A stretch of 64,000 nt of DNA from Candidatus Bathyarchaeota archaeon. GTDB lineage: Archaea > Thermoproteota > Bathyarchaeia > Bathyarchaeales > Bathycorpusculaceae. Shown in pieces: positions 19,182-29,582 of the stretch (position 1 is its first letter; each line of letters starts with the position of its first letter). The position numbers were made by a program, and so were the translations under genes. Where the stretch lies: positions 448,001 to 512,000 of the forward strand of contig CAWHVC010000001.1 of the NCBI GenBank assembly GCA_963832745.1, given 5' to 3'. The notes below the pieces were generated by a model. It did no database searches. It had not been told where the DNA came from and saw only the letters and a program-made list of their open reading frames with translations.

Positions 19182-19835
19182 TTAAGTTCTTGATTTGTTT
19201 GCCGCTTCACCCGTAGGCATTCCCGGAGGTAGATCTGGGAAGTTTGCGCTAATCTTTTGTTCGGCAACTACCGCTGCTTCAGCAAGAATTTTTGATGCAT
19301 CCTCATTGACTGAATTGAAATTCAAAGACATTCCACCGCTTGTTCCAGCTTCAAACATTAAACCGCTGAGCATGTCACCGATTTGACCAAGCTCGTTTTC
19401 TGCTGCTGGCAAGACGCCGCCCATTCCAGCGTTAACACTGCGGAGTACGCCGATGCATGGACCAAGCATTGAAACTACATCGCCCAACTCGGATACAGTC
19501 TTTATTCTCAAGTTTACCTGATCAAGTGCAAGTCTTGCATTCATAACGAGTTTTGACATTTTACGGACTTCTGCAAGTTCAGTAGCGTAAATGTTAGCGT
19601 GTGCCATGTCATGTTGTTGATAGGCATCTACGAGTTTTGAAAACAAAGTGCGGTCTTTTTGTGTAAAGCGTTCATTAGCTTGGTCTAAACGTTGGATTTG
19701 CATGTCAAGTTTTTTGGTTGCAAAATCCAATCTTGGCTTTAATGGTTGTTGTGGCTTTACTGTTTGATTTAGCGAACTGATGAATGAGTTTCCCTCTTTT
19801 TTCGGTTCCCACTTTTTTGCGAAATGTTCAGACAT
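19182..19835 (-). CDS. CdvB/ESCRT-III (Snf7) family protein
   Basis: Helical hairpin, ANIYATELAEVRK, LGDVV..LGP, EDASKILAEAA...FPDLP tail. Confidence 0.85.
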   Translation of the reverse strand: MSEHFAKKWEPKKEGNSFISSLNQTVKPQQPLKPRLDFATKKLDMQIQRLDQANERFTQKDRTLFSKLVDAYQQHDMAHANIYATELAEVRKMSKLVMNARLALDQVNLRIKTVSELGDVVSMLGPCIGVLRSVNAGMGGVLPAAENELGQIGDMLSGLMFEAGTSGGMSLNFNSVNEDASKILAEAAVVAEQKISANFPDLPPGMPTGEAANKSRT

Positions 19836-19934
19836 AGTTAACTTCCTCTAAACCCAAAATCGTCAGGAGATATACTTAATGCTTGCTAACATGCAGATAT
19901 ATACATCAAAAATTTGAGATATATAACAAGTTTC

Positions 19935-20192
19935 AAACTTCTTATTTCGCTTCCAAAACACCTTATGCGTATCAATTTCGACATGGAACTGTATCCAGCT
20001 ATCACAAGCTTCAACACCTCCTTTAAGGTGTCAGCGACTTTAGCTGTGAAATCTTCCCTTCTTGCTTAGATACAGCATCTTATCGATGTACACATAGGCC
20101 TCTTTGATATTGGGCTTTTGTGCCCAAGAATAATTTTAACTCGCTCGCGATCATGGTACTTGTCCTGCATAGTAGTGGCTTTCCAGTGGAAC
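19935..20192 (-). pseudogene. Tyrosine integrase C-terminal remnant
   Basis: Frameshifted translation FHWKATT...VKIILGHKS...YVYID...EDFTAKVADTLKEVLKLVIAGY..FHVEIDTHKVFWKR, with the LGH...Y catalytic region. Confidence 0.75.
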
Positions 20193-20218
20193 AAGTGATT
20201 CTGGAGCAAGTGAAATTG

Positions 20219-20379
20219 AATGTTTTATTCAACCAAATAATTGACAGCCTACTTGCTGGGGCATAACTGGGGTTTCAACATATGTTGCTGCTGGCGGGGT
20301 AGCCTCAATCAGTTCAGCGGTTCTTGCATTTTCGTTGACTTTTCTGAAAAAAATGAAATAATGCAGAAACAAAAAGTGA
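20219..20379 (+). pseudogene. Decayed copy of the small membrane protein at 53718-53912
   Basis: NVLFNQIIDSLLAG/GITGVSTYVAAGGVASISSAVLAFSLTFLKKMK*; frameshift in a G run near 20260 and premature TAA 20359-20361. Confidence 0.85.
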
Positions 20380-20571
20380 TTTGCCGAGGGTAAAGTCAGG
20401 GGTTGCTTAAAGAGGTTGTATATCCTAATTGAAAGGCATGTGCGAGAGGTTGCTTCTGAAAATTATCTTTATCCCCCTAAAAAGAAAAAGTAACGCACCT
20501 TCTTATTCAGGGAAGCAGAAAACATTTAACTGTAAAAAGGCTAAATCCAAAACTGGGGCAGAAAGCAAGGG

Positions 20572-22815
20572 ATGCTTAAGATAAGAAAAAGCAATATTTT
20601 GCTCTTATTGATAACTTGCTTTTCAGCGCTTTACAGGGTCGTGTTTGTTTTGCATGATGTTTTTCCTTCTGGCGCTGATATTGGGTTACATGAAAGCCTT
20701 ATTCACTCAATAACTCAAGGTGGCAACATAAATTTCATGTGGAACGATTACCACATGGGCGGCGGCACCTCAAACACTTTCCCCGGTTTTCATATCTTTA
20801 CTGCCAGTTTAATCCTTTTCACAGGCTTACCTGACTATTTCGCTGAAGCGTTTGTATCAATCATCTTTTCTTCCCTAACTATAGTTGTCGCTTACTTGTT
20901 ATCCAGAAAAATCTTAAACGAGCCAGCTGCCCTAATAGCTGCCTTCCTTGTCAGCGTTTCATACTATGACGTTTACATGCTTCTCTGGTCAGGCTACCCA
21001 AACACCATCACTCTACTGCTTATCCCACTGGTTTTCTACTTGCTGCTGGAAACACGCTATTCACGACTGCCCCGCTTAACCACCACTTCTCTGCTCTGCG
21101 GAGCCATATTTCTCACGCATTCATTAAGCTCCGTCATTTTAGTAACCGTAATTTTCACTTCAGCTATTATAGCGTTAATGTTTAGGCGGTGGGTTAGCAT
21201 TGACAAAAAAGCTGTTCTGGAATGGCTGGTTCCCATTTTTGCTGGAGCCTTGATCGTTTCTCCTTTTCTTTTTCAGGCTGCTCCTTTCTACTTGAACTTT
21301 AATTCGCCACTTTACAGTGGAGGCTTGCCTAAACTGCAGCAAGCCCTGCTGCCCATTCGGCTTGTCCCATTCGAATACGTTTTGCCCTTTTTTGTCTGCT
21401 TCTTTCTAGGCTTCATTTTCTTCAAGTACCTGCATGTAAAATCTCAGCCCTCCAAAATTCTGCTCGCAGTTTGGCTGGTTGTTCCAACTGTTCTAACGCA
21501 GTCTTACATTGCTGGTTTTTACATGGATTATGAACGTTTTCTCTATTTTGCAGCCTTGCCCCTGACCGTTTTGGTTGCCGCAGGAATACTTGCAAGTGCC
21601 AAACTGCTGACTAAATGTGCAAAATGGATATTAGCCAAAAAAAGTAATACTTTTTTCGACCTCAACAAAGCGGTAGCAGTGTTCGTTCTATTGTTGATTC
21701 TGTTGTCGTGTTTTGAGTTGCCTCATTTTTCGATGGCTCCCTCCGAAGGCTTTCAGCTGCAAGACCAACTTCAAGTGATGACTGCCCATGGCTATGAGGC
21801 TGTGCAATGGATCAAAAATTGTACTCCAGCTGATGCCGTCATTGTTTCTGATGCGTTGTATGGGTGGTGGCTGGGCGGTTTTGCAGAGAGGCGGACGGTG
21901 AGTGCTGTGGAACCGGTTTTTATAACTAACCAGCGTGAATTTGAGCCAGCCTTGTTGGCATCAAGGCTTCTTGACAGTGCCTATTTGGTTGATAACGGTT
22001 TAATTCAAGTTAAAGAAGACGGAGGATACCTTGGCAACCGTAACCCAGAGTTTTCCGCTAAAAAAGTTGCTGACTATTACCCTACGACTTTCCTTAACTT
22101 CAACAATAGCCAAACAACTATCACTTACAAGGTAGGCGGCAATTTAACTTCTGTTAAAGTTTCAGACTTGTCGGTCAAGGAGATGCATATTGAAAATTCC
22201 TCCATCAGTGCAGCTATAACCGTTACTTTAGGCAACGAATTTTTCAATCTAACACAAAAAACCACAATATACCAAGGCGTCAATTTCGTTAACATGACCG
22301 AAACATTATCCGGCAGCAACCTTGCCATCAGCTTTGTTGGCATCAAATTTAATGTACAAACAAACGGCAATCTTACCGCTGAAAAGGGCTTCGTCGAGCT
22401 GGATGATCCTGACGTGCACGTTGCTGGCCAAATAATCTTCACAGAAATGCAACCTGCCGTTGTGAACTCGTCAAAAAACCATTTTGAAATGAGCTTTAAC
22501 CTAAACAATCCGCAACAAGCAACAGTTAATTTCTATGTTTCAGTCTTCGAATACCCCAACCTTGGCTCCACAACAGCAACCCAAGCTGGCCTACAAGAAC
22601 TCTTCAATGCCAACACAAAAAACTACACCGAAAAAACAGCAGATTTACCCTTAGACGTTTACGATTATCGCGAAGCAATAGCAGACCTAAACGTTTCCTA
22701 CGTTGCTCTTCGAGATTTTTCTCAGCTTCCAAGGTTTGCAAATGACCCCCTGTTTAGTTTAGTGTACGTAAACAAGGAAGTAGCTATATTGCAGGTTCAC
22801 TCTCCTTCAGAGTAG
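20572..22815 (+). CDS. GT-C fold (AglB/STT3-like) membrane glycosyltransferase, paralogue 1
   Basis: PSGADIGLH loop, many TM helices, AVQWIKNCTPADAVIVSDALYGWWL, soluble C-domain. Confidence 0.75.
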   Translation: MLKIRKSNILLLLITCFSALYRVVFVLHDVFPSGADIGLHESLIHSITQGGNINFMWNDYHMGGGTSNTFPGFHIFTASLILFTGLPDYFAEAFVSIIFSSLTIVVAYLLSRKILNEPAALIAAFLVSVSYYDVYMLLWSGYPNTITLLLIPLVFYLLLETRYSRLPRLTTTSLLCGAIFLTHSLSSVILVTVIFTSAIIALMFRRWVSIDKKAVLEWLVPIFAGALIVSPFLFQAAPFYLNFNSPLYSGGLPKLQQALLPIRLVPFEYVLPFFVCFFLGFIFFKYLHVKSQPSKILLAVWLVVPTVLTQSYIAGFYMDYERFLYFAALPLTVLVAAGILASAKLLTKCAKWILAKKSNTFFDLNKAVAVFVLLLILLSCFELPHFSMAPSEGFQLQDQLQVMTAHGYEAVQWIKNCTPADAVIVSDALYGWWLGGFAERRTVSAVEPVFITNQREFEPALLASRLLDSAYLVDNGLIQVKEDGGYLGNRNPEFSAKKVADYYPTTFLNFNNSQTTITYKVGGNLTSVKVSDLSVKEMHIENSSISAAITVTLGNEFFNLTQKTTIYQGVNFVNMTETLSGSNLAISFVGIKFNVQTNGNLTAEKGFVELDDPDVHVAGQIIFTEMQPAVVNSSKNHFEMSFNLNNPQQATVNFYVSVFEYPNLGSTTATQAGLQELFNANTKNYTEKTADLPLDVYDYREAIADLNVSYVALRDFSQLPRFANDPLFSLVYVNKEVAILQVHSPSE

Positions 22816-22869
22816 AATCCGTAAACGCTTGATAAGGAGCACATTAACGGGTGGGCGGCTGGGGAGCAA

Positions 22870-25164
22870 CTGAAGATAACTAAAACGCATGCTTTAGTGC
22901 TGGTAATCTTTGCTTTGGCGTTTGCTTACCGTTTTGCCTTAGTGTTTTGTCAAACCTATCCGCCCGGTTCGGACATTGGTTTTCATGCAGGCGTTATTAA
23001 CTCGATTGTTAGTCAAGGTGGAGGCACCAATTTTCTGTGGAATCCCTACCAGATGGGTGGGGAGGTGGAACTTGAGTTTCCGGGTTATCACATTTTTGCT
23101 TTAACATTAATGACTATAACGGGCATGCCAAACTACATCGCACAAGGTATTGTTGCGGCTTTGTTGTCATCCTTCACTATTCTGGCTGCTTACCTTGTAA
23201 CTCGAACCGTTTGGAATGAAACGGTAGCCATAATTACTGCACTTTTATTGACGGTTTCACGTTTTGACCTTGAAATCTTGTCATGGTCAGGCTACCCAAA
23301 CCTAACCGTTCTCTTCTTAATGCCTGTCACGTTTTACCTTTTCCTAAAAAGAGACAAACTCACACCGGCGCCTTTTCTGGCGGCGACATCACTCTTAAGC
23401 GCCTCCATACTATTAACTCACTCATTAAGCGCTGCAGTCTACGTAGCCATAACCGCCGCCACCGCATTAATTCTGATGCTTTACCCCAAGCCGTTTGGAG
23501 AAACAAGAAAAAGTAGCCTTCAATTGGTTACGCCCGTTTTATTTGGGGCAATCCTTATTTCTCCTTTTCTGGCAAGCGCTGTTTCACCTTACTTGAACGC
23601 AAGCGCAGCCTTCACCGGCACTACAGCAATTCAACAAGCACTGGTTGATCACCAAACGGTTCCAACTTTGACGGTTTTGGCGCTTTCTGCTTGTGTTCCA
23701 CTGTTTCTGCTGTTTTCTAGACTGGTTAAAAAACGGTTTTTTTCTTTTCAGTTGCTTGTTTTGGTAATGTGGCTTTCGGTTCCGTTGCTTTTGACGCAAT
23801 CCTACTTCTTAGGGTTGTACGTGGATTATATCAGGTTCCCCTATTTCCTCATTATACCATTAATAATCCTCATCGCAATTGCAATCGATTACGTCTCATC
23901 AGGCTTTATGCAGCTGCTAAAAGCATACCAAACCCAAAACATCCCTTTTAGTATTAACAAAGACAAAATCCTTGTCAAATTAGTCAACAAAAAAGTCCAT
24001 GCAATCCTAATCGCAGGTTTAATGCTTCTCTCAATTTTTAGTCTGACCATCTTTATAACGCCATCGGAAGGCTTCGCTCTTCAGAATTATTACCAGATAA
24101 TGAATAACGATGGATACAGGGCAATAGAGTGGACCAAACAGAATTCGCCTAAGGATGCAGTGTTTGTTTCTGACGCTAATTACGGTTGGTGGCTTGCAGG
24201 TTTAGCAGAACGTCCCACTTTGACTGCTGTGGACTTACGTTTCCTGACGCTTGCCCATGAGGTAAACATTGCACGAAATGCCACTTACCTGCTTGACACT
24301 GACTATGTGCTTGACAACGGATATGTTCAAGTCAGGGAAGACGGAGGCTATTTAGACAGACATAACCCCATGTTTCTTGCAGACTTAAACTGGACAAACA
24401 ATCCATATGCCTTCTTCCAATTCAATAGCAGCGAAATAAGTCTGCTCACCCAAAAAGAAGGCAAGCCCCAGCAGATAAACCTAAACGATTTGCCAGTTAT
24501 TAGCATGCAACTTGCTAACGTAGACAGCAACACTGCATCAATAATAGTCAACAGGGCAAACAACGACTTGCAATATACGGAATCCGTATCAGTCACAAAG
24601 GGGGAACAGTTCGCAAACATGACACTAACCATCCAAAGCGGCACCCCCAACACTTCACTGGACTGGCTTAACCTAATAGTCAATTCTCCAGGCGCTTTCC
24701 AGCAACCATTCAACAATACGCTTGCCGTGTTAGATATGGGCATGAAGGAGTGCGGTCAACTGATTTTTGCAAAGCAGCAGCCATCTATCAGAAACTGTAA
24801 CACACAAAACCCCTGCATAACACAGCTTTCATACAACCTTGAGGGTAAACAGAGCATAACTATACAGGTTATGGTTGGAATCTATCAAGTGACAGATAAG
24901 GACATGCAAAATTCAACCTTACAGACGGGTTTAAAAGGAACCTTATATTCAAACCTGAAAAACCCGTTGACGCTTCCAGACCTGCCAATAACAACCTTCG
25001 ACTACAAAATTGCACTAAAACAGTACAATGTCGCTTATGTTGAAAACAGGTTTTCTGAGCTAAACAGCAAATTCGCTGCTGACCCCAAGTTTAGCCTTGC
25101 CTTTATTAATAATGAAGTTGCAATCTTTAAAGTCATAGCTGAAGACGCTTCAGCCCAAGGATAG
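22870..25164 (+). CDS. GT-C fold glycosyltransferase, paralogue 2
   Basis: PPGSDIGFH, AIEWTKQNSPKDAVFVSDANYGWWL; in-frame CTG 22870 after GGGGAG matches the paralogue 1 N-terminus (track start GTG 22897). Confidence 0.75.
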   Translation: MKITKTHALVLVIFALAFAYRFALVFCQTYPPGSDIGFHAGVINSIVSQGGGTNFLWNPYQMGGEVELEFPGYHIFALTLMTITGMPNYIAQGIVAALLSSFTILAAYLVTRTVWNETVAIITALLLTVSRFDLEILSWSGYPNLTVLFLMPVTFYLFLKRDKLTPAPFLAATSLLSASILLTHSLSAAVYVAITAATALILMLYPKPFGETRKSSLQLVTPVLFGAILISPFLASAVSPYLNASAAFTGTTAIQQALVDHQTVPTLTVLALSACVPLFLLFSRLVKKRFFSFQLLVLVMWLSVPLLLTQSYFLGLYVDYIRFPYFLIIPLIILIAIAIDYVSSGFMQLLKAYQTQNIPFSINKDKILVKLVNKKVHAILIAGLMLLSIFSLTIFITPSEGFALQNYYQIMNNDGYRAIEWTKQNSPKDAVFVSDANYGWWLAGLAERPTLTAVDLRFLTLAHEVNIARNATYLLDTDYVLDNGYVQVREDGGYLDRHNPMFLADLNWTNNPYAFFQFNSSEISLLTQKEGKPQQINLNDLPVISMQLANVDSNTASIIVNRANNDLQYTESVSVTKGEQFANMTLTIQSGTPNTSLDWLNLIVNSPGAFQQPFNNTLAVLDMGMKECGQLIFAKQQPSIRNCNTQNPCITQLSYNLEGKQSITIQVMVGIYQVTDKDMQNSTLQTGLKGTLYSNLKNPLTLPDLPITTFDYKIALKQYNVAYVENRFSELNSKFAADPKFSLAFINNEVAIFKVIAEDASAQG

Positions 25165-25171
25165 CTAAGAA

Positions 25172-27517
25172 TTGCAGCGCAAATGGGCAAAAGACCAAAA
25201 ATTTGAAGTCGCATTTCTTGTTGTTTTCTCAGCATCAATAGTTACGCTCTTTTACCTGCTTATTTCAATGAATGGGCTTGTTTTGGGAAATGATCCGGCA
25301 GTCCATTTAATAAAGACCCAAATTTTTCTGCAATCCGGCCAGATTCCTTTGGACAATATTGGTTGGATTCCTCCGCTTTTCGAAATAATGCTTGCATTTT
25401 TGATTACCCTTACTGGTGCAAGTAGTATTGGGCAGATGATTTTTTTGGTTAAAGTTTTAGCGGTGATTGTGGACTGGCTACTTTTTGTCTCTGTCTATTT
25501 GGTCAGCCGTAAGTTTTTCAACAAGAAAGTTGGCGCCGTATCTGCGGTTTTTTTGGCAACTTGTTTTCCCCTATATGAGCTTAACACGTGGGGCGGCTAC
25601 ACAACCGCGCTTGGCCTCGCCTTCTTGGTTTTGCTCTTTTATTACGCTTACATGGCAACTAAACAATCCAGCTACATTGTAGTCGCTTTTTTTGTGGCTT
25701 TCTCGATTATTCTTGCTCATCAATTGACCGCTTTTCTTGCTGTCGTCATAATGTTGCCAGTCATGCTTTTTTTGCTGATAAAATCAAAAGGTGCCTTCCT
25801 CAAGGGCTTTGTTGTGATAATGATCGGTGGTGCAATAGCGTTTTTTGCTTTTTATTTTCCAGCAATCACCACCAATTTAGACATGATTATAAATCACGTG
25901 TTTTTCAGTAACCAAGCATACACAGTCCAAATTCCCTATACAAACGCTGAATCATTCTTTCTTTACTATGGTTTTATACAATTCTTCGCAGTAGGAGGCA
26001 TAGTCGTCAGCTATTTTATGCTTAAGAAACAAAAGAAAACTATCCTGTTCGCAATTTTAATGCTTAGTCTTCTGGTTCCACTGTTCTTTGCCGAATCTTA
26101 CCTGTTCGGTTTTCTGTTGCCATTTGAATGGTTCACGTACTACCTAACGCCTCCTATCGCTATTCTTGGGGCAGTCTTCGCCGTTTTTGCGGCAGAGAAA
26201 CTGTCCGCATACTTCTCAAAAAACCGGTTTGACAAGAGCAAGAAATGGAAAAGACCCCTGTCTGTTGGATTAATGCTTTTGATGTGTGGATTGATTGTTT
26301 TACCAATCTACAATACGTGTGGGCGAGTAGCATGGGCAGGCGAGTATAACGCGACATCCGACCCTTTAGCGTACGACGCTGCAGTTTGGCTAAACCAAAA
26401 CTACCCACAACCCGTAACTTTAGTAGTTACCCAGAACCCAGGAGACTGGTTTTCGGTTTTTTCAAACAAGACAATTATCACACAAACGTATGATTGGGAG
26501 GGCGCAAATGTTGCTGCTGACTCAATTATAGGGTTAGATTACGAGATGCAAGGTTCTATGAGCCTTGTGAAGGCTTACGAGATTAAGGATTCATTTGTTG
26601 AAAACTATGTTTATTTGGATCAGCTTTGGCGTCGAACCGCCTACTCCTCGCCAGTCCAAGATTACATTTCATTTGATCAGGACGGCACAAACTACCAGTA
26701 TGCAATTGTAAACTTGAGCAGAACAATATCCTTTGATAACCCCTCTGACCCGAAAACCTTGGAAATCAATTACTTCAACCATCAAGTAGCATTAAAACGT
26801 ACAGTTACATTGCAAAACGATAGTTACTTAACAAACAATTCTTGGTCCATCACGCCCTTAACTGGCACTATATCCAATGTGAAATTGCATTTAACAACCT
26901 ATTTTGATCTGCAATTCAACTTCGACACTGCACTGATTCCTCAGTTAACGGATTGGGCGAACCCTTGGGATATGCCTCAAAAATTTGCAAGTGGTAACCA
27001 GTGGGCGTCTGTGGACTTTTTAGGCTCTGATTTAACTCAACATTACATAGGTGTATCTGATGGGCAAGCAAAGGTGGCTTTCGGTTTCTACTTCACTGAT
27101 TTGCCTAACAAAGGAAACATCGGGGCATTGGGAAGCCGCCAGATTGACGCAGTAAGATACGAGTACAATTTTGACAGTTTAGATGCCAACCAAACCGCCG
27201 TGCGGCAATACCAAATTTTAACGGTATCCAGAAACAGCAACCATGGCTTTCAACGAGACGACTTGCAGGGCCTCTTCGATGCCAAAACGAGCCAACCAGT
27301 AACATTACATTGCTACAAGGATTTCATTGCTGAAAATAACGTTAGCTTCATCGTTTATGATAAAAACCAAATTGCCGCCCGCGCTTCTTTACCTTTGAGT
27401 GCAACGTTTTTGCCTCAGGCATCCCAATGCAAATTCCTCGAATTATCTTACTCGAACAATAGATATGTCGTTTTTAAAATTTTAGATAATTATAATCAAA
27501 CGCAAATCTGGAAATAG
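25172..27517 (+). CDS. GT-C fold glycosyltransferase, paralogue 3
   Basis: LGNDPAVH, WGGYTT, AAVWLNQNYP...NPGDWF; same architecture. Confidence 0.75.
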   Translation: MQRKWAKDQKFEVAFLVVFSASIVTLFYLLISMNGLVLGNDPAVHLIKTQIFLQSGQIPLDNIGWIPPLFEIMLAFLITLTGASSIGQMIFLVKVLAVIVDWLLFVSVYLVSRKFFNKKVGAVSAVFLATCFPLYELNTWGGYTTALGLAFLVLLFYYAYMATKQSSYIVVAFFVAFSIILAHQLTAFLAVVIMLPVMLFLLIKSKGAFLKGFVVIMIGGAIAFFAFYFPAITTNLDMIINHVFFSNQAYTVQIPYTNAESFFLYYGFIQFFAVGGIVVSYFMLKKQKKTILFAILMLSLLVPLFFAESYLFGFLLPFEWFTYYLTPPIAILGAVFAVFAAEKLSAYFSKNRFDKSKKWKRPLSVGLMLLMCGLIVLPIYNTCGRVAWAGEYNATSDPLAYDAAVWLNQNYPQPVTLVVTQNPGDWFSVFSNKTIITQTYDWEGANVAADSIIGLDYEMQGSMSLVKAYEIKDSFVENYVYLDQLWRRTAYSSPVQDYISFDQDGTNYQYAIVNLSRTISFDNPSDPKTLEINYFNHQVALKRTVTLQNDSYLTNNSWSITPLTGTISNVKLHLTTYFDLQFNFDTALIPQLTDWANPWDMPQKFASGNQWASVDFLGSDLTQHYIGVSDGQAKVAFGFYFTDLPNKGNIGALGSRQIDAVRYEYNFDSLDANQTAVRQYQILTVSRNSNHGFQRDDLQGLFDAKTSQPVTLHCYKDFIAENNVSFIVYDKNQIAARASLPLSATFLPQASQCKFLELSYSNNRYVVFKILDNYNQTQIWK

Positions 27518-27546
27518 CCGCTTGGTAAGGGTAAAGGCGGCTTTTT
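27516..27546 (+). terminator. Hairpin followed by a T-run
   Basis: AGCCGC...GCGGCT then T-run. Confidence 0.5.
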
Positions 27547-27599
27547 CGATGTTCTTAAATAATCCACATTTTAAGGATTAATTCATTGGAGAACCAGTA

Positions 27600-28346
27600 G
27601 TGCCCTCGTTACCTGAACTTATTGTTGACCTAAATTGGATGTTCACGCACCCAATCGACCTCAAAAACCTGCGCAAAGACATTTGGGCATGGGCTTCTGT
27701 CCCACACGTAAAAGGCGTCTTATATCAGCTCCTGTCTGTACTTGAAAAGCACAATGTTGCTTCAACATTTTTTGTTTCAGGAGTTTGCGTACAACAAAAT
27801 AAGACGGAAATATGCTGGATAAGGGATGCTGGGCATGAGATTGGGTTGCACGGGTACAAGCATGTACCTTACAATATGTCGTACCCAGAAATGATGACTG
27901 ACATGTGCCGGGCAGTTTCAGCTTTCAAAGAAATCGACGTTACGCCTAAAGGATTCAGGGCACCATGGCTAATCTCTACACTGGACACTTACCAAGCGGG
28001 AGAAAAGCTTGGTTTACAATACATGTCAAATTTTAAAGAAAAATCAGGCCCACAAAAAACCCGGGGCTTTGATTTGATAGAGTTGCCAATTTACATTGAC
28101 GACGAGACACTAATCGGAGAAAACGCCGTTCAAACTCTGCTTGAAGCCGCTCAGCCCGGAAGAGTTTTTGAGTTTCACCTTCTGTATGTTAGGAAAAACA
28201 TGCATGTGTTAGGTGAGTTTCTTAGCAAACTGAAGACGGACACTGCGACGCTTTCCCAGATTGCGCAAGGTGCTCCTGCTATTGGGCTTTCTTTTGATAT
28301 AGCCTACTTGGACCGGTTTGAATTAGCAAAAAAACTTTTCACATAG
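27600..28346 (+). CDS. Polysaccharide deacetylase (NodB/CE4) family
   Basis: STFFVSG, GHEIGLHGYKH, GFRAPW. Confidence 0.88.
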   Translation: MPSLPELIVDLNWMFTHPIDLKNLRKDIWAWASVPHVKGVLYQLLSVLEKHNVASTFFVSGVCVQQNKTEICWIRDAGHEIGLHGYKHVPYNMSYPEMMTDMCRAVSAFKEIDVTPKGFRAPWLISTLDTYQAGEKLGLQYMSNFKEKSGPQKTRGFDLIELPIYIDDETLIGENAVQTLLEAAQPGRVFEFHLLYVRKNMHVLGEFLSKLKTDTATLSQIAQGAPAIGLSFDIAYLDRFELAKKLFT

Positions 28347-28358
28347 CCGTGGTTTGAC

Positions 28359-29489
28359 TTGACCGAATCTTTTCTAGATACTAAAAATGCGGGTTTAAAG
28401 TATAAGTCAAAAGTTTTCGCGGGAATACTTTCTAAAAAAGCGTTTGTAGGTCCATACATTGCCGTTATAGGAGGCTCGTACAGTTGCAATTACAAATGCG
28501 TTTTCTGCGAATGGTTCTCACCGCTAAGAGAGAAAATAAACAAAGAACTCTTAAACCCTGACTATCATCTTGAAATGGACACATACACCCGATTAGTTGA
28601 AGAGTTAAGTCGACTTGGAACAAAAAACATTCTTATCGATTATCTGGAACCTTTCATGGACCGGCAGTTAATCGAAAAAATCAGAATCGCCAAACAGCAC
28701 AACATGGGCTGCTTCATAATAACTAACGGTTCACTAATAACAAAAGAAAAAGCTGAACAACTTGTCGACCTAAAACTTGATTACTTAAACATCAGCATCA
28801 ACGCAGGCTCACCAGAAACCTACCCCAAAATTCACTTAACAGAAACAGCTGAAACTTTTGAAAGAATAAAATCAATGGTAACTTATATTGAAACATTGAA
28901 AAAACAAAAACAAACCCCTTTCCCAAATACCCGTTTATCGATGGTTGTCTGCAACCGAAATTACTTAGATATCCCCAAGTTGGTTAACGTTTGCTATCAA
29001 ACAGGCACCAAAAATGCTTACGTCAAAAAACTTATTTCTCCAACAGAACGATTCGCCCAAGAATTAGAGTTAAATCCTGAACAGACAAAGAAGATGAACC
29101 GGAGTCTTGCGGAAGCGCGTAAATCAGCAAACGCGTATGGTATTAATTTGGAGATTGAGTGGGAAGAACAGTTTGATTTTAAAAAAACCGGTGATTTGCC
29201 ATGTTATTATGGCTGGTTGTTCTGTTTGATTGATGGCAATGGGGATGTGCATCCGTGTTGTTTCCAGAATCGAGGTTTAGCTTGCACAATGGGGAACATT
29301 AACAAAGAAGATTTTAGAACTATTTGGTTTTCTGAAAAATACTGCGACTTTAGAAAAAAATACAAACAAATTGAGGAACGAAAAAACATGGGTTACTGGT
29401 GTAATGAGCCCTCTTGCTTTTTCAATAATCAGAAAATCCACAAAATGCTGCATCAACCCTACCTTTTACCTTTAACGTATTCACTATAG
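28359..29489 (+). CDS. Radical SAM protein with SPASM/twitch domain
   Basis: CNYKCVFC, EPF, ITNG, CYYGW...VHPCC...GNI. Confidence 0.9.
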   Translation: MTESFLDTKNAGLKYKSKVFAGILSKKAFVGPYIAVIGGSYSCNYKCVFCEWFSPLREKINKELLNPDYHLEMDTYTRLVEELSRLGTKNILIDYLEPFMDRQLIEKIRIAKQHNMGCFIITNGSLITKEKAEQLVDLKLDYLNISINAGSPETYPKIHLTETAETFERIKSMVTYIETLKKQKQTPFPNTRLSMVVCNRNYLDIPKLVNVCYQTGTKNAYVKKLISPTERFAQELELNPEQTKKMNRSLAEARKSANAYGINLEIEWEEQFDFKKTGDLPCYYGWLFCLIDGNGDVHPCCFQNRGLACTMGNINKEDFRTIWFSEKYCDFRKKYKQIEERKNMGYWCNEPSCFFNNQKIHKMLHQPYLLPLTYSL

Positions 29490-29582
29490 CCGCTTCACAG
29501 TGGAATCTGCAAAAATTAAGAAAGCGTGTAAGCGGCAAAAAGTGTCAACATATTTTTTAATAGGAAACACAAGTGGAACAAT

